Shown: positions 42,394 through 53,931, counted from the first letter of the stretch. The stretch: DNA of 64,000 bases from an uncultured Verrucomicrobiales bacterium (GCA_938091905.1 CALKOM010000084.1:15191-79190); one strand, 5' to 3'. Notes: a model not told the origin generated them from the sequence alone. Translations and numbers: made by a program.

Positions 42394-42792
42394 TTACCAG
42401 ACTTGGGCGAGGAGTTCTCCACCGACCTTCGCCTTCTTGGCTTGGTGGCCAGTCATGATCCCGCGGGAAGTTGACAGAATTGAAATGCCAAGCCCGTTGA
42501 GGACACGAGGGACTTCATTAGATCCGACATACTGACGAAGACCAGGCTTGCTGACTCGCTTGATATCGGTCAACGCGGGCGTCTTATCGACAAACTTGGT
42601 CTTCACCTTGATCTCAGGAAACTTGCCAGAGGTATCGACCTCGTAGGACCAAACGTACCCTTCTTCTTGAAGGATGCGTGCGATCTCAGCCTTGATCTTG
42701 GAATAAGGCGCAGTGAATTCATCTTTCCGTGCGCGGCTAGCATTCTTGAAGCGCGTGAGGAAATCGGAAATGGGGTCAGTAAGGACGGCCAT
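42394..42792 (-). CDS. rpsH: 30S ribosomal protein S8
   Basis: DPISDFLTR; SKPGLR; STSRG; GGELL. Confidence 0.97.
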   Translation of the reverse strand: MAVLTDPISDFLTRFKNASRARKDEFTAPYSKIKAEIARILQEEGYVWSYEVDTSGKFPEIKVKTKFVDKTPALTDIKRVSKPGLRQYVGSNEVPRVLNGLGISILSTSRGIMTGHQAKKAKVGGELLAQVW

Positions 42793-42820
42793 GGTCTAAG
42801 TCAATAAAGGATGAATTCAG

Positions 42821-43384
42821 TTAAGCTGCGGCAGCTTTGGAAGGTTTCCGGAATGGCATGCCCATCTTATCGAGCAAGGCGAGCGCGTGCTCATTGGTGT
42901 TAGCGGAGGTGACGATAGTAATGTCGAAACCGAGGGTCCGCTTCACTTTATCCAATTCAATCTCGGGGAAGATTGTCTGGTCGGTAATACCGAGAGTGTA
43001 ATTGCCACGCCCATCGAAGGACTTGGGAGAAATACCACGGAAGTCACGAATACGAGGGATGGCCGTGTGAATGAGACGCTCGAGGAACTGCCACATATAG
43101 CGACGGCGCAGGGTCACCTTGCAGCCAATTTCCTGACCTTCACGTAACTTGAAATTCGACACACTGTTCTTGGCCACCGTGATGATGGGCTTTTGACCCG
43201 TGATCGTGACCAGCTCATTCACCGCATCTTCGACAGCCTGGCTGCGGTCGGGTGCAGAACCCACGCAGCAATTGATGACGACTTTCTCGATCTGTGGCAC
43301 TTCGTGCGCGTTCTTCAGACCGAGCTCTTCCTTGAGAGCTGCCATGACGGTCTCATCGTAAAACTGTTTTAGTTCAGGCTTCAT
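42821..43384 (-). CDS. rplE: 50S ribosomal protein L5
   Basis: ITGQKP; FKLREG; RIRDFRG; FDGRGNY. Confidence 0.97.
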   Translation of the reverse strand: MKPELKQFYDETVMAALKEELGLKNAHEVPQIEKVVINCCVGSAPDRSQAVEDAVNELVTITGQKPIITVAKNSVSNFKLREGQEIGCKVTLRRRYMWQFLERLIHTAIPRIRDFRGISPKSFDGRGNYTLGITDQTIFPEIELDKVKRTLGFDITIVTSANTNEHALALLDKMGMPFRKPSKAAAA

Positions 43385-43393
43385 GTTCGTTGA

Positions 43394-43645
43394 TTAGGCC
43401 TCTTTCGAGGCGGCAGTTGCCAGCTTGACGTTGGAAATATGGATAGCACCTTCGAGCTCGATGATACCGCCTTCAGGGCGATCCTCGGACTTACGAGCAT
43501 GCTTCTTGATCATGCGCACGCCTTCGATGACGACTTGGTCTGAGTTGCGAAGCACGCGGAGAACCTTGCCAGTCTGCCCCTTGTGGGCCCCGGCAATGAC
43601 TTCGACGATGTCGTCGCGATTAACGTGTGTCTTGCGTTTGCTCAT
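43394..43645 (-). CDS. rplX: 50S ribosomal protein L24 (short form)
   Basis: KOW motif D.VEVIAG..KG..GKV; IHISNV. Confidence 0.95.
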   Translation of the reverse strand: MSKRKTHVNRDDIVEVIAGAHKGQTGKVLRVLRNSDQVVIEGVRMIKKHARKSEDRPEGGIIELEGAIHISNVKLATAASKEA

Positions 43646-44007
43646 AACACTTCTGGGGCGAGAGAGACGATCTTCATGAAGTTCTTCTCGCGGAGTTCGC
43701 GAGCAACTGGGCCGAAGATACGAGTGCCTTTTGGATTCTTGTCTTTATCGATAATGACGATGGCGTTGCGATCGAAGCGCAAGACCGAGCCGTCGGGACG
43801 TTTAATAGGAGCGGCAGTGCGCACCACCACGGCACGGACCACTTCGCCCTTCTTCACGTTAGCGGTAGGCGTCGCCTCACGGACGTGGGCCGTGATGACA
43901 TCACCCACACCAGCGGAGCGGGAACGCGTACCGAGAACACCAATCATTTTAGCAATCCGCGCACCGGTGTTGTCGGCGACGTGGAGGCTGGATTCCATCT
44001 GGACCAT
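43642..44007 (-). CDS. rplN: 50S ribosomal protein L14
   Basis: [20 protein letters not shown]. Confidence 0.97.
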   Translation of the reverse strand: MVQMESSLHVADNTGARIAKMIGVLGTRSRSAGVGDVITAHVREATPTANVKKGEVVRAVVVRTAAPIKRPDGSVLRFDRNAIVIIDKDKNPKGTRIFGPVARELREKNFMKIVSLAPEVL

Positions 44008-44048
44008 AATGTATTACCTAGAGGTGAAGAAAGTTAGAATGAAATCGT

Positions 44049-44318
44049 TTAGTGGCTAAGCACCTCGAGGAGACGCCAGCGCTTCGTCTTACTGATAGGC
44101 CGCTGCTCCGAAATACGGACGCGATCACCCTCTTGGGCTTCGCCCTTCTCATCGTGAGCGTAGAACTTGGACGTTACTTTGACGATTTTGCGGAACTGCG
44201 GATGCGGCACGCGACGGACGACGGCCACCACGATGGTTTTATCCATCTTGTTGGACACGACGACGCCGACGCGGGACTTACGTAATCCTCGCTTGGGTTG
44301 AGATGCTGTCTCGCTCAT
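44049..44318 (-). CDS. rpsQ: 30S ribosomal protein S17
   Basis: [24 protein letters not shown]. Confidence 0.97.
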   Translation of the reverse strand: MSETASQPKRGLRKSRVGVVVSNKMDKTIVVAVVRRVPHPQFRKIVKVTSKFYAHDEKGEAQEGDRVRISEQRPISKTKRWRLLEVLSH

Positions 44319-44357
44319 GAATGTATGGTCTTGTTAGAGAAGTGTACTAAGGGTAAC

Positions 44358-44564
44358 TTAGGAGGAAGCAGCTTGTTTGCGACGCTCTGATAGGAGCGTC
44401 TCGATCCGAGCCACCGTGCGGCGAACGAATCGGATGCGAGCAGGATTCTCAAGCTGGCCGCTTTGCTGCTGGAGAGACAGGTGGGTAACGAACTCTTCTT
44501 TGAATTCACGGCGTTTGCTCGCGAGTTCATCCGTGCTCAGTTCTCTTAGTTCAGTGATCTTCAT
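44358..44564 (-). CDS. rpmC: 50S ribosomal protein L29
   Basis: MKITELRELS; LENPARIR..RR.VARIET. Confidence 0.93.
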   Translation of the reverse strand: MKITELRELSTDELASKRREFKEEFVTHLSLQQQSGQLENPARIRFVRRTVARIETLLSERRKQAASS

Positions 44565-44592
44565 CGTCGTCAATCAGGTTGATGCTAGGGAA

Positions 44593-45009
44593 TTAGTGAT
44601 TCTGGCGGACGACGAAGCGCACGCGAATGCCAAGCTTGTTCGCTGCAAGACGCATGGCCTCACGCGCAGCGGTCTCGGAGACACCTCCGACCTCGAACAT
44701 CATCGTTCCAGGGCGGACAATAGCGACCCACTTATCGGGCGCCCCTTTACCTTTACCCATCCGGGTTTCAGGGGGACGGCGAGTGATCGGCTTGTGAGGA
44801 AAAATGCGAATCCAGACCTTCCCACGACGCTTGAGGTAGCGGTTGATCGCGATACGGCAGGCTTCGATCTGATTGTTCGTGATCCAGTCACGCCCCAGAC
44901 TCTGCATGCCAAAGTCGCCAAAGCTCACCGCGTTCCCACGCTGAGCAGTCCCGGCGCGGCTACCGCGCTGAGACTTCCGGTATTTCACTTTCTTGGGCAT
45001 CAATGCCAT
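44593..45009 (-). CDS. rplP: 50S ribosomal protein L16
   Basis: [18 protein letters not shown]. Confidence 0.97.
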   Translation of the reverse strand: MALMPKKVKYRKSQRGSRAGTAQRGNAVSFGDFGMQSLGRDWITNNQIEACRIAINRYLKRRGKVWIRIFPHKPITRRPPETRMGKGKGAPDKWVAIVRPGTMMFEVGGVSETAAREAMRLAANKLGIRVRFVVRQNH

Positions 45010-45063
45010 AACAAGATTCTCCTTCTAAGTTGTTCGGTTGAAATTGGTCTTTGCTAGACGAGC

Positions 45064-45741
45064 TTACCTGTTGCCAGCTCGGTCGTTGTTCCCGCTGCCG
45101 CTTTCGGCCTTGGGCTCTTCTTGTTTGCGGTTGATCCAGCACTTCACGCCAATGATTCCCCAAGTCGTGCGAGCCTCACAAAAGCCGTAGTCAATAGGAA
45201 CACGGAGTGTCTGTAGCGGCACCTTACCCTTACGATACCACTCAGCGCGGGCGATATCAGCACCACCAAGACGACCTGCGCAGCGGAGCTTGATACCCTC
45301 AGCGCCAAAGTCCATGGCGGTCTGAACAGCACGCTTCATCGCGCGGCGGAATGAAATTCGACGCTCCAACTGGAGAGCCACGTTCTCAGCAACCAGTTGA
45401 CCATCGATCTCAGGCTGCTTGATCTCAAAGATATCGATCTTGACCTGCCGATCGCCAGTCATCTTCGAAATATCAGCGGTCATGCGCTCAATCTCTGCGC
45501 CCTTACGACCGATGACGAGACCCGGACGGGCCGTGTGAAGGGTGACACGCACACTGTTCCAAGCGCGCTCGATGACAACACGTGAGAGCGCAGCAAACTG
45601 AAGCTTCTTCTTCAAATACTCACGAATGGCAAGGTCGCCATGCAAGTAAGTAGGGAAGTCCTTCTCGTTAGCATACCATTTGGAACCCCAGTCCTTTTGG
45701 ACGGCGAGGCGAAATGCGATTGGATTTACTTTCTGACCCAT
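45064..45741 (-). CDS. rpsC: 30S ribosomal protein S3
   Basis: MGQKVNP; GRLGGADIAR; PLQTLR. Confidence 0.97.
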   Translation of the reverse strand: MGQKVNPIAFRLAVQKDWGSKWYANEKDFPTYLHGDLAIREYLKKKLQFAALSRVVIERAWNSVRVTLHTARPGLVIGRKGAEIERMTADISKMTGDRQVKIDIFEIKQPEIDGQLVAENVALQLERRISFRRAMKRAVQTAMDFGAEGIKLRCAGRLGGADIARAEWYRKGKVPLQTLRVPIDYGFCEARTTWGIIGVKCWINRKQEEPKAESGSGNNDRAGNR

Positions 45742-45779
45742 AATCTAAATTCGTGTATCGTTCGAGTGTGCGCGGGGGG

Positions 45780-46124
45780 CTAGCCTTCGTCTTCGTTTGG
45801 CGCTAAGACAATGCGAATGTGACTGGTACGTCGTTTGATCGCACTTGCGGAACCGCGGGCACGTGGCTTGAAGCGTTTGAAGGATGGTCCCGGAGTCACT
45901 GTGGCTTCTTCGACCACCATGCCATGCGGATCAAGATCGTGATTGTTCTCCGCATTCGCAGCCGCAGCCTTGAGAGTCTTACTGACCAACATGGCGGCCT
46001 TGCGAGGCGTGAAGTTTAGAATATTCAGAGCCTGTGAGACAGGAAGGCCTTGAATTTCACGGGCAACGTCACGCGCCTTGAGGGGCGAAATTCTGGCTGA
46101 TTTGTAGGTCGAAATAACTTTCAT
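45780..46124 (-). CDS. rplV: 50S ribosomal protein L22
   Basis: RISPLKAR; ANAENN; PRARG; RTSHI. Confidence 0.97.
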   Translation of the reverse strand: MKVISTYKSARISPLKARDVAREIQGLPVSQALNILNFTPRKAAMLVSKTLKAAAANAENNHDLDPHGMVVEEATVTPGPSFKRFKPRARGSASAIKRRTSHIRIVLAPNEDEG

Positions 46125-46144
46125 GTTTGCTTCCGATAAAACGT

Positions 46145-46957
46145 TTATACTCCTTCGGGGTCGATTCGCATGCTGTCCCCGACGATGATCTGATCATTCG
46201 GATCGGTGAGATCAATAAAGATAGCGCCTGCGATACTCTCGCGGACATCAATGACTAAAGCGGTTCCAATGGTGCGATCCTTACGATGAAAGGACACCGG
46301 CGTCCCGACCCGCAGACCATGCCGTGACCCCACATCGACCAAAGCCAAATTGTAATCCTTGTTCACGGAGATCACTTGGGCCTCGACGATGCTCTTCTCT
46401 TCGAAATGATCTTCCTGAAGAATGAGCCCCAAGGCGACCTCACCCTCTTTGATCGACTTCTCCACTGCAGTCTTGGCGGCCTCATCTTCGCTTGTTGCCG
46501 TGGCCATGAACCCCTCAACCGCGTCGCTCAAATTGAGCAGAGCATGAGCAATCTGATTTTTCTGCTCTTCGACTAGGCGGAAATCATTGGCAGCGTTCGC
46601 TAACTGCCCTTCAAACCCCTCGCCATCCTGCTCAAGAGCACCACTAAGCAATTCCAATCGCACATTGGCCTTGGCTGAGTTTTCAAGAACCTCTTCCAGC
46701 CTGGCTTTTGTGATCGCCTCGCGCTCGGCGAGCACCCCAACGCTACTATTAATACTCTTATACTTGGCCTCGAGCTCTTCACACTTCAATCGAAGCTCGC
46801 TGTTCTCTCGCTCCAAATCTTCAATCAACTGGATGTGCGGAGCAGCCGTTCCTTCCTGACCTAATACTTCCTCCTGACCCACAGCTAGACCAGCGACAGA
46901 GCACGCTGCAATCAGCGCTCCGGCAATCCAAATCTTAGCTGGAATAGAAGGTGTCAT
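46145..46957 (-). CDS. exported coiled-coil hypothetical protein inserted in the S10 operon
   Basis: 270-aa ORF; N-terminal hydrophobic signal, acidic coiled coil, C-terminal beta domain (V..G...G...G pattern). Confidence 0.8.
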   Translation of the reverse strand: MTPSIPAKIWIAGALIAACSVAGLAVGQEEVLGQEGTAAPHIQLIEDLERENSELRLKCEELEAKYKSINSSVGVLAEREAITKARLEEVLENSAKANVRLELLSGALEQDGEGFEGQLANAANDFRLVEEQKNQIAHALLNLSDAVEGFMATATSEDEAAKTAVEKSIKEGEVALGLILQEDHFEEKSIVEAQVISVNKDYNLALVDVGSRHGLRVGTPVSFHRKDRTIGTALVIDVRESIAGAIFIDLTDPNDQIIVGDSMRIDPEGV

Positions 46958-46990
46958 GTTAAAGTTGATGAGAGGATATGAATAGATCTC

Positions 46991-47260
46991 TTACTTCTTG
47001 CCGTGACCGCCATGGCCTAGGAACTTCCGCGTAGGGGAGAACTCTCCCAATTTGTGCCCGACCATGTTTTCAGAGACATAAACACTAGTGAATGCTTTGC
47101 CGTTATGAACGAGGAACGTGTGCCCAACGAAATCAGGAATGATCAGGCTATTGCGCGACCACGTCTTGATTGGCTTCTTGTTCGATTCGCCCGCCTGCTT
47201 GTCAACCTTGGCGAGAAGCTTGTAGTTAACAAAGGGACCTTTTTTGAGTGACCTACCCAT
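46991..47260 (-). CDS. rpsS: 30S ribosomal protein S19
   Basis: [22 protein letters not shown]. Confidence 0.97.
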   Translation of the reverse strand: MGRSLKKGPFVNYKLLAKVDKQAGESNKKPIKTWSRNSLIIPDFVGHTFLVHNGKAFTSVYVSENMVGHKLGEFSPTRKFLGHGGHGKK

Positions 47261-47289
47261 GATGATTAAATGCTAGATGAGAGTCTGGT

Positions 47290-48135
47290 TTAACGACGTT
47301 TCTTATCGCGGCGGCTGGTAACGATGAAGGCATCACTCGCCTTCTTCTTCTGACGGGTGCGCTGGCCTTTGGCATGCCCCCAAGGACTTTTCAGGTGCTG
47401 ACGACCACCACCCGACTTACTCTTGCCCTCACCACCACCGTTGGGGTGATCGACAGGGTTCATGCACATGCCGCGCACGGTTGGACGAACGCCTAACCAA
47501 CGTGAACGTCCAGCTTTGCCGCTGACAACGTTCATGTGCTCATGATTACCCACGACCCCCATGGTTGCGTAGCAGTCTTCGTGAATTTTGCGAATCTCAC
47601 CAGACGGCATGCGGACCAAAGCATAACCAGCCTCGCGGTTGGATAGCGTCGCTGATTGACCAGCGCTCCGCGCTACCTGACCACCACGACCAGGCTGAAT
47701 CTCGATGTTGTGAATCGAACTACCCAGAGGGATAGCCTTAAGAGGAAGCGCATTGCCCACTTCAGGAGCCACTTTCTCACCAGCAGTGATGGCCGTTCCG
47801 ACCTCAAGACCAGCGGGAGCCAAGATGTAACTCTTTTGACCGTCTTTATATTCGAGAAGGGCAATCCGCGCTGTACGATTGGGATCATACTCAATCGCAA
47901 CCACCTTTGCAGGCTCATCACGGCGCTTCCGCTTAAAATCGATGAGACGATACTTGCGCTTGTGACCACCGCCAATGTGTCGGCAGGTAATACGACCGCG
48001 ATTATTGCGACCACCAGAACGCTTCTTAGGCTCGAGCAGAGATTTCTCCGGCTCGGTCTTGGTGATCTCACTGAAATCCGACCACATTTTATAGCGGTTG
48101 GAGGGAGTGACTGGTTTGTAAGACTTTAAAGGCAT
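47290..48135 (-). CDS. rplB: 50S ribosomal protein L2
   Basis: [20 protein letters not shown]. Confidence 0.98.
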   Translation of the reverse strand: MPLKSYKPVTPSNRYKMWSDFSEITKTEPEKSLLEPKKRSGGRNNRGRITCRHIGGGHKRKYRLIDFKRKRRDEPAKVVAIEYDPNRTARIALLEYKDGQKSYILAPAGLEVGTAITAGEKVAPEVGNALPLKAIPLGSSIHNIEIQPGRGGQVARSAGQSATLSNREAGYALVRMPSGEIRKIHEDCYATMGVVGNHEHMNVVSGKAGRSRWLGVRPTVRGMCMNPVDHPNGGGEGKSKSGGGRQHLKSPWGHAKGQRTRQKKKASDAFIVTSRRDKKRR

Positions 48136-48181
48136 GGATCTTCTTGTTAGAAGTTAGTCCTTCGGGAGTTAAAAGGGGTAG

Positions 48182-48466
48182 TTAGACGAGCTCGATGTGT
48201 TCACCGTCTTTCAATTTGACGACGGCCTTCTTCCAATGAGCGGTGCGACCAAAGTCCGCACGACGCTCGCGCTTCTTTTTGCCACGATAATTACAAGTTC
48301 GCACAGCAACGACCTCGGTTTTGAAAAGACGCTCAACGGCGCGCTTGATTTCAAGCTTGTTCGCAGCACGATCAACCTTGAAGACATACTCGTTATTTTC
48401 CTCGAGTAGGTAGGTCGCCTTCTCACTCAGGCGTATAGACTTGATGACTTGATAAAGATCCCTCAT
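48182..48466 (-). CDS. rplW: 50S ribosomal protein L23
   Basis: SEKA; ANKLEIK.AVE; WKKAVV. Confidence 0.95.
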   Translation of the reverse strand: MRDLYQVIKSIRLSEKATYLLEENNEYVFKVDRAANKLEIKRAVERLFKTEVVAVRTCNYRGKKKRERRADFGRTAHWKKAVVKLKDGEHIELV

Positions 48467-49074
48467 TTCTGTGTCCTCCGGGCTAAGATCGGCAAGGCAC
48501 TTTGGGTCAACACAACCTTGTCGTAGTGTAAGAGCTGCTCAACATTCACTTCATCGGCAGTCATGAGAAGCGAAGGGCCCACGTTGCGGCCAGCAAGGTA
48601 GGTCCTCTCATCAAAAGCTTGGCTCACAATGAGCACTTTAGGTCCACCCGCAAGTGCATGAAGCTCACCCACGAAACTCTTGGTCTTGCCATCATTCACC
48701 GCAAAGTCATCCACCATCATCACATCGCCATCCTCAATGCGGCTACCGAGAGCAGCACGGAAAGCGAGTTTGCGAGTCGACTTGTTGACCTGCTTGGCAT
48801 AACTGCGAGGGCGAGGGCCGAAGACGGTGCCACCACCGCGCCAGATAGGAGAGCTTGACCGACCCGCACGCGCACGGCCAGTTCCCTTCTGTCGCCAAGG
48901 CTTGGCATTTGTAGCCGAGACTTCGCCACGCGTCTTGGTGTTCGCGCTGCCTGTGCGGCGATTGGCACGGTAGGCCGTGACGAGATCGTGGACGGCCTGG
49001 GAACCTGTATGTCCCGTCACCACGGCGATCTCGGCTTCAGCCGCCTGATCCATTGTTAAAACTGATCCTGACAT
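48463..49074 (-). CDS. rplD: 50S ribosomal protein L4
   Basis: [22 protein letters not shown]. Confidence 0.97.
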   Translation of the reverse strand: MSGSVLTMDQAAEAEIAVVTGHTGSQAVHDLVTAYRANRRTGSANTKTRGEVSATNAKPWRQKGTGRARAGRSSSPIWRGGGTVFGPRPRSYAKQVNKSTRKLAFRAALGSRIEDGDVMMVDDFAVNDGKTKSFVGELHALAGGPKVLIVSQAFDERTYLAGRNVGPSLLMTADEVNVEQLLHYDKVVLTQSALPILARRTQK

Positions 49075-49088
49075 GATCTAAATTCCGG

Positions 49089-49742
49089 CTAGCTCGCCTG
49101 GGGCAAAGGTTTCTTGATCGCGGGACGCACAACGACGTAGCCACTCTTGGCACCGGGGAGGGCACCGCTCACGAGGATGACACCATCCTCTTCACGCACT
49201 TGAACAATCTTCAGATTCTGGACAGTACGACGGTAGTTCCCGTGACGACCAGGCATCTTGCGGCCTTTCCAAATACGACCAGGCCAAGTGCCACAACCAA
49301 CCGCACCAGGGCGGCGATGCATCATGGAACCGTGCGACTGAGGAAGACCACCGAAGTTGTAACGCTTCACAACGCCTTGGAAGCCTTTGCCCTTCGTCGT
49401 CCCGATGACATCGACCCACTGACCAGCCTCAAACAAAGTCGGCCCAAGATCCTTCACCTCATCACCAGGCAAGGTGTCGTCATTCTCAAAACGAAACTCG
49501 CGCACCAACTTCTTCGGCGTGCCTCCGTGAGCAGCGACGTGCCCCTTGGCTGGCTTGTTTAAACGTAACTCTTTCTGATCATCAAAACCGACTTGGACAG
49601 CAGAGTAACCATTCTTCTCAGAAGTCTTGCGCTGAAGAATCTGATTGCCGCTGACATCAACGACCGTCACAGGAACAGCCTTCCCCTGGTCATCATAGAC
49701 GCGGGTCATGCCTAGCTTCTTACCTAATAGTCCTAAACTCAT
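49089..49742 (-). CDS. rplC: 50S ribosomal protein L3
   Basis: GKKLGMT; KGKGFQGVVKR. Confidence 0.97.
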   Translation of the reverse strand: MSLGLLGKKLGMTRVYDDQGKAVPVTVVDVSGNQILQRKTSEKNGYSAVQVGFDDQKELRLNKPAKGHVAAHGGTPKKLVREFRFENDDTLPGDEVKDLGPTLFEAGQWVDVIGTTKGKGFQGVVKRYNFGGLPQSHGSMMHRRPGAVGCGTWPGRIWKGRKMPGRHGNYRRTVQNLKIVQVREEDGVILVSGALPGAKSGYVVVRPAIKKPLPQAS

Positions 49743-49771
49743 GGTATGGGATATGAAGGGCGTTCTTAAAG

Positions 49772-50080
49772 TTAGATCTTAATGGAGATGTCTACACCGG
49801 CGGGAAGATTGAGTTTCTTCAACTCATCCACCGTGCGTGCCGTTGGGTCCACAATATCGAGAAGGCGCTTGTGCGTGCGCATCTCAAACTGGTCGGCAGA
49901 TTTCTTGTTCACGTGAGGTGAACTGTTCACACTAAACTTCTCAATGCGCGTGGGCAACGGGATTGGGCCGGACACTTTGGCGCCAGTTCGCTTCGCGGTT
50001 TCCACGATCTCCAAGGTCGACTTGTCGAGGATACGATGGTCGTAGCCTCGGAGTCTGATGCGAATAGTTTGGTTTTGCAT
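49772..50080 (-). CDS. rpsJ: 30S ribosomal protein S10
   Basis: [17 protein letters not shown]. Confidence 0.97.
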   Translation of the reverse strand: MQNQTIRIRLRGYDHRILDKSTLEIVETAKRTGAKVSGPIPLPTRIEKFSVNSSPHVNKKSADQFEMRTHKRLLDIVDPTARTVDELKKLNLPAGVDISIKI

Positions 50081-50117
50081 GGTTCGAAAGGTTCGATTCT
50101 AAATCAAAGAGAGCTTT

Positions 50118-52274
50118 TTAATACCCGCCTCCATATTGCTCAGTGAGTTGATCGACAACCGCTTGCGGCACCGGCTCGAAGCGGGAAGGCAGCATGGAGT
50201 AATCTGCACGACCGCGACTCAGCGAGCGGATGTCTGTAGCATAGCCAAACATTTCCGCCAGCGGAACTTCGGCTTTGACCACACTTAAATCATCGCGGGT
50301 CTCGATACTGGCGACGCGAGCACGGCGACGGTTGAGATCGCCCATGATATCGCCCTGAAATTCGTTCGGACAGGTCACCTCAACAGCCATGACCGGCTCT
50401 AGCATGATGCTCGAGGCGCTCCGGAAGGCATCGCGCATGGCAAAGATCGCCGCCATCTTGAAGGCCTGCTCCGTGGAGTCCACGTCATGGGAGGAACCAT
50501 CCAGAAGCTCCACATGAACATCGACCACAGGATGTCCGGCAACGACGCCATTCATCATTGCCTCGCGAATCCCTGTGAAGCATGGATTGATAAACTCTTT
50601 GGGTATGTTGCCGCCGACGACTTTGTCCTCAGTGGTGTGCCCCTTGCCACGCTCGTTAGGCGTCACGCGAAGAATCACGTGGCCATACTGACCCTTGCCT
50701 CCGCTTTGCTTCTTGAGCACCCCTTCACCCTTCGCCTCAGCCGTGATCGTTTCTCGATAGGCAATCTGCGGCTTACCCGCGTTTGCTTCGACTTTAAATT
50801 CGCGCTTCATGCGATCCTTGAGGATCTCCAAGTGAAGCTCGCCCATACCAGCGATGATCGTCTGACCCGTCTCATCGTCGGTTTTCACGATAAAGGTAGG
50901 ATCCTCGTCGGAGAGGCGCTGCAACGCAGTTGCCATCTTCTCAGAATCAGCGGTCGTCCGTGGCTCAATCGCCATGGAAATGACAGGCTCCGGAAATGAA
51001 GGCGGCTCCAACATGATCCCGCGACGCGAATCACAAAGCGTGTCACCGGTGACTACATTCTTAACACCAACCAGCGCAGCAATGTCACCCGAGTAACAGG
51101 TATCGACATCCTTCTGGTCGTTCGCCTGAACCTGAATCAGTCGACCAACGCGCTCCTTCTTACCCGTGCGCGGATTGTAAACCTGATCACCTTTCGAGAT
51201 CATTCCAGAGTAAACCCGGAAGAAGACCAGCTTACCAAACTTGTCTGACCACAACTTGAACGCCAATGCACAGAACGGCTCGTTGTCGTTCGTGATCGCT
51301 TCGAGCGTCTTGGAATGATCGTTAGGATCGAGCCCTTCAGTTGCCGCCACATCAAGCGGCCCGGGCAAGTAATCAACCACAGCGTCTAACAAATACTGAA
51401 CACCTTTGTTCTTGAATGCAGAACCACCAACCACAGGCACGAACTTGTTCCCGATTGTCTGGCGACGAATGGCCCGCTTAAGATCTTCAACCGTGATCTC
51501 CTGCTCTTCGAGAAACTTGATGCCAACCTCCTCATCGAGATCGATCATCTGCTCACGCAAGGCCTCCAAAGCCACTTCAGCACCGTCGACCATATCCGCA
51601 GGAATAGCCTCGATGCGGTAAGTAGATCCTAGCACATCATCATCTTGATAGATGACAGCGCGCTGGTTAAGAATATCGATCTGACCGCGCAGCTCTTCTT
51701 CGCATCCAATCGGAATCAGCACGGGCCAAGCGTTAGCTTTTAGCTTTTCGCGAAGATCACCAACCGCGCGATTAAAGTCAGCGCCCACGCGATCCATCTT
51801 GTTGATGAAAGCAATGCGAGGAACACCATACTTGTTCGCCTGGCGCCACACAGTCTCGGATTGAGGCTGCACACCAGCAACCCCACAGAACACAGCGATG
51901 GCCCCATCTAACACTCGCAACGAACGCTCGACCTCAGCGGTAAAATCAACGTGACCTGGCGTGTCGATAATATTGACACGCTGATTCTGACCCGAGGACA
52001 GTTTGACCATCCCCTCTTCAGCTTTCTGCTTCCACACACAGGAAACCGCGGCCGACGTGATGGTAATACCACGCTCTTGCTCTTGCTCCATCCAATCAGT
52101 CGTCGCATTGCCATCATGCACCTCTCCGATCCGATGAATCATCCCCGTATAAAAAAGGATGCGCTCCGTCAGCGTCGTCTTGCCCGCATCAATGTGCGCC
52201 GCAATCCCAATATTCCGCGTGCGCTCCAAGGGATAGGAGCGCTTCGGATGGTTGGGGTTGTTAGGCATGTTCAT
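50118..52274 (-). CDS. fusA: elongation factor G (str-operon copy)
   Basis: [23 protein letters not shown]. Confidence 0.97.
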   Translation of the reverse strand: MNMPNNPNHPKRSYPLERTRNIGIAAHIDAGKTTLTERILFYTGMIHRIGEVHDGNATTDWMEQEQERGITITSAAVSCVWKQKAEEGMVKLSSGQNQRVNIIDTPGHVDFTAEVERSLRVLDGAIAVFCGVAGVQPQSETVWRQANKYGVPRIAFINKMDRVGADFNRAVGDLREKLKANAWPVLIPIGCEEELRGQIDILNQRAVIYQDDDVLGSTYRIEAIPADMVDGAEVALEALREQMIDLDEEVGIKFLEEQEITVEDLKRAIRRQTIGNKFVPVVGGSAFKNKGVQYLLDAVVDYLPGPLDVAATEGLDPNDHSKTLEAITNDNEPFCALAFKLWSDKFGKLVFFRVYSGMISKGDQVYNPRTGKKERVGRLIQVQANDQKDVDTCYSGDIAALVGVKNVVTGDTLCDSRRGIMLEPPSFPEPVISMAIEPRTTADSEKMATALQRLSDEDPTFIVKTDDETGQTIIAGMGELHLEILKDRMKREFKVEANAGKPQIAYRETITAEAKGEGVLKKQSGGKGQYGHVILRVTPNERGKGHTTEDKVVGGNIPKEFINPCFTGIREAMMNGVVAGHPVVDVHVELLDGSSHDVDSTEQAFKMAAIFAMRDAFRSASSIMLEPVMAVEVTCPNEFQGDIMGDLNRRRARVASIETRDDLSVVKAEVPLAEMFGYATDIRSLSRGRADYSMLPSRFEPVPQAVVDQLTEQYGGGY

Positions 52275-52297
52275 CGAAGTGACTGCGGTGACGCGAA

Positions 52298-52771
52298 CTA
52301 CCAGCGGAAGTGAGCAAACGCACGGTTGGCCTGAGCCATCTTGTGCGTCTCATCGCGCTTGCGCACGGCGCTGCCTTGATTCTTGGCAGCTTCTTTGATT
52401 TCATTGGCCAAGCACTGATGCATTGGAACACCCTTCTTGCCGCGAGCGAAGCCGAGGATCCAACGCATCGCGAGTGACTCTTGGCGCTCCACGGTTACCT
52501 CCATAGGAACCTGGTAAGTTGCACCACCCACACGACGAGACTTCACCTCGACGCGCGGCTTAGCATTCTCAATCGCGCGGTGCAAGACCTCAAGGGGATC
52601 GACGTTGTCGGAACCCTCGTTGGAAAGATCGATCGCCTTGTAAACAATCCGCTCCGAAAGAGACTTCTTCCCAGAGCGCATGAGCTTGTTGATCAATTTG
52701 GCCACCAAAGGACTCTCGTACCGAGCGTCCAGGAGGACCGGCTTGTGATAAACGCGTTTTCTACGTGCCAT
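52298..52771 (-). CDS. rpsG: 30S ribosomal protein S7
   Basis: [25 protein letters not shown]. Confidence 0.97.
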   Translation of the reverse strand: MARRKRVYHKPVLLDARYESPLVAKLINKLMRSGKKSLSERIVYKAIDLSNEGSDNVDPLEVLHRAIENAKPRVEVKSRRVGGATYQVPMEVTVERQESLAMRWILGFARGKKGVPMHQCLANEIKEAAKNQGSAVRKRDETHKMAQANRAFAHFRW

Positions 52772-52796
52772 GATTAAAAGAGGTTAAAAACTAAAA

Positions 52797-53174
52797 TCAG
52801 GAGGCCTTGGGTTTCTTAGCACCATACTTGGAACGACCAGCACGGCGCTTCTCCACGCCGAGCGTATCCAAGGCACCTCGCACCACATGGTAGCGCACAC
52901 CTGGCAAGTCCTTCACCCGGCCACCACGCACAAGCACCACCGAGTGCTCCTGAAGGTTGTGACCTTCGCCGCCGATGTAGGCAATGACTTCTTGACCATT
53001 CGTCAGACGGACTTTGGCAACCTTACGGAGAGCCGAGTTCGGCTTCTTAGGCGTGCGGGTCATGACTTGGAGACAAACGCCACGACGTTGTGGACATTTG
53101 AAGAGCGCAGGTGATTTCGATTTCTCGACCTGCTTCTTTCTCCCTTTGCGAACGAGCTGATTGATGGTTGGCAT
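52797..53174 (-). CDS. rpsL: 30S ribosomal protein S12
   Basis: MPTINQL (ATG at 53174); [17 protein letters not shown]. Confidence 0.98.
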   Translation of the reverse strand: MPTINQLVRKGRKKQVEKSKSPALFKCPQRRGVCLQVMTRTPKKPNSALRKVAKVRLTNGQEVIAYIGGEGHNLQEHSVVLVRGGRVKDLPGVRYHVVRGALDTLGVEKRRAGRSKYGAKKPKAS

Positions 53175-53293
53175 GCAGTAGACTGTGGTGATTGACTCTT
53201 GAACGAGCACCGGGTACACAAGTCACCTGCGAGAGGTGCCTTATTCTCCGGGATGCGCCCGATAATCGCCCTTGCGATCACGAGACGCAGAAT

Positions 53294-53347
53294 GCGCCCC
53301 CCTTTCGGAAGGAGCGCGGACACTAGGGTTCACGGCAAGCGTTGCAA
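53294..53347 (-). promoter_or_regulatory. putative sigma70 promoter of the str operon with GC-rich discriminator and GAAA-capped leader hairpin
   Basis: TTGCAA-N16-TAGTGT-CCGCGC; GCGCUCCUUCC-GAAA-GGGGGGCGC hairpin. Confidence 0.45.
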
Positions 53348-53514
53348 GCCTTTTTATAAGGAAATTTCCGCATCTAATACCGCCAGAAAAGCGGCTTAGT
53401 TCACTGTCCGAACCCAGTAGAATCCATAGTTATCATTACTACTTGCAAAGAATAGGCCCCTCCATCAAGGCTAGTCTTTTAAACCGCTCTGGCGGCGCCA
53501 GATTCCGCTCGGCT

Positions 53515-53931
53515 TTACCGATCCAGGCCAAACACGCGCTGCGCGAAGAACATGCCAACAAGCATCAGCGGGACGAATACCAGCGCTTCAGACCGGAGGA
53601 CGGAGAGATTGGCCAAAGCCGGGCCAGGGCAGAATCCGCCAAGGCCCCAGCCGATTCCAAATATGATCGAACCAATCACGAGCCGCTTCTCGACCGAACT
53701 CGTCGACAGATCTGGGAGATTGATAGAAGAGGACTTTCCCAGATACCGGCGGAGAAAGAATAGACCGAGGGGAAAAGTGATCACCGCACTGCCCATGACG
53801 AACACAAGAGAGGGATCCCACTGACCAAAGAAATCACGGAAGCCTATGACCTTCGCGGGGTCCGTCATCCCCGAGACGACCATTCCAAGCCCAAATAGTG
53901 CGCCCCCCAACAAGATCGCCAACCATCTCAT
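53515..53931 (-). CDS. YeeE/YedE family sulfur-transport-type membrane protein (second half-gene)
   Basis: GM..SGMTDPAKV.GF.D..WDPSL; FGIGWGLGGFCPGP. Confidence 0.8.
   Translation of the reverse strand: MRWLAILLGGALFGLGMVVSGMTDPAKVIGFRDFFGQWDPSLVFVMGSAVITFPLGLFFLRRYLGKSSSINLPDLSTSSVEKRLVIGSIIFGIGWGLGGFCPGPALANLSVLRSEALVFVPLMLVGMFFAQRVFGLDR

Noticed and set aside
44377..45057. Long plus-strand ORFs opposite ribosomal genes (also 40075..40674, 50487..50999)
   Set aside because: Antisense shadows of highly conserved genes with no recognisable motifs
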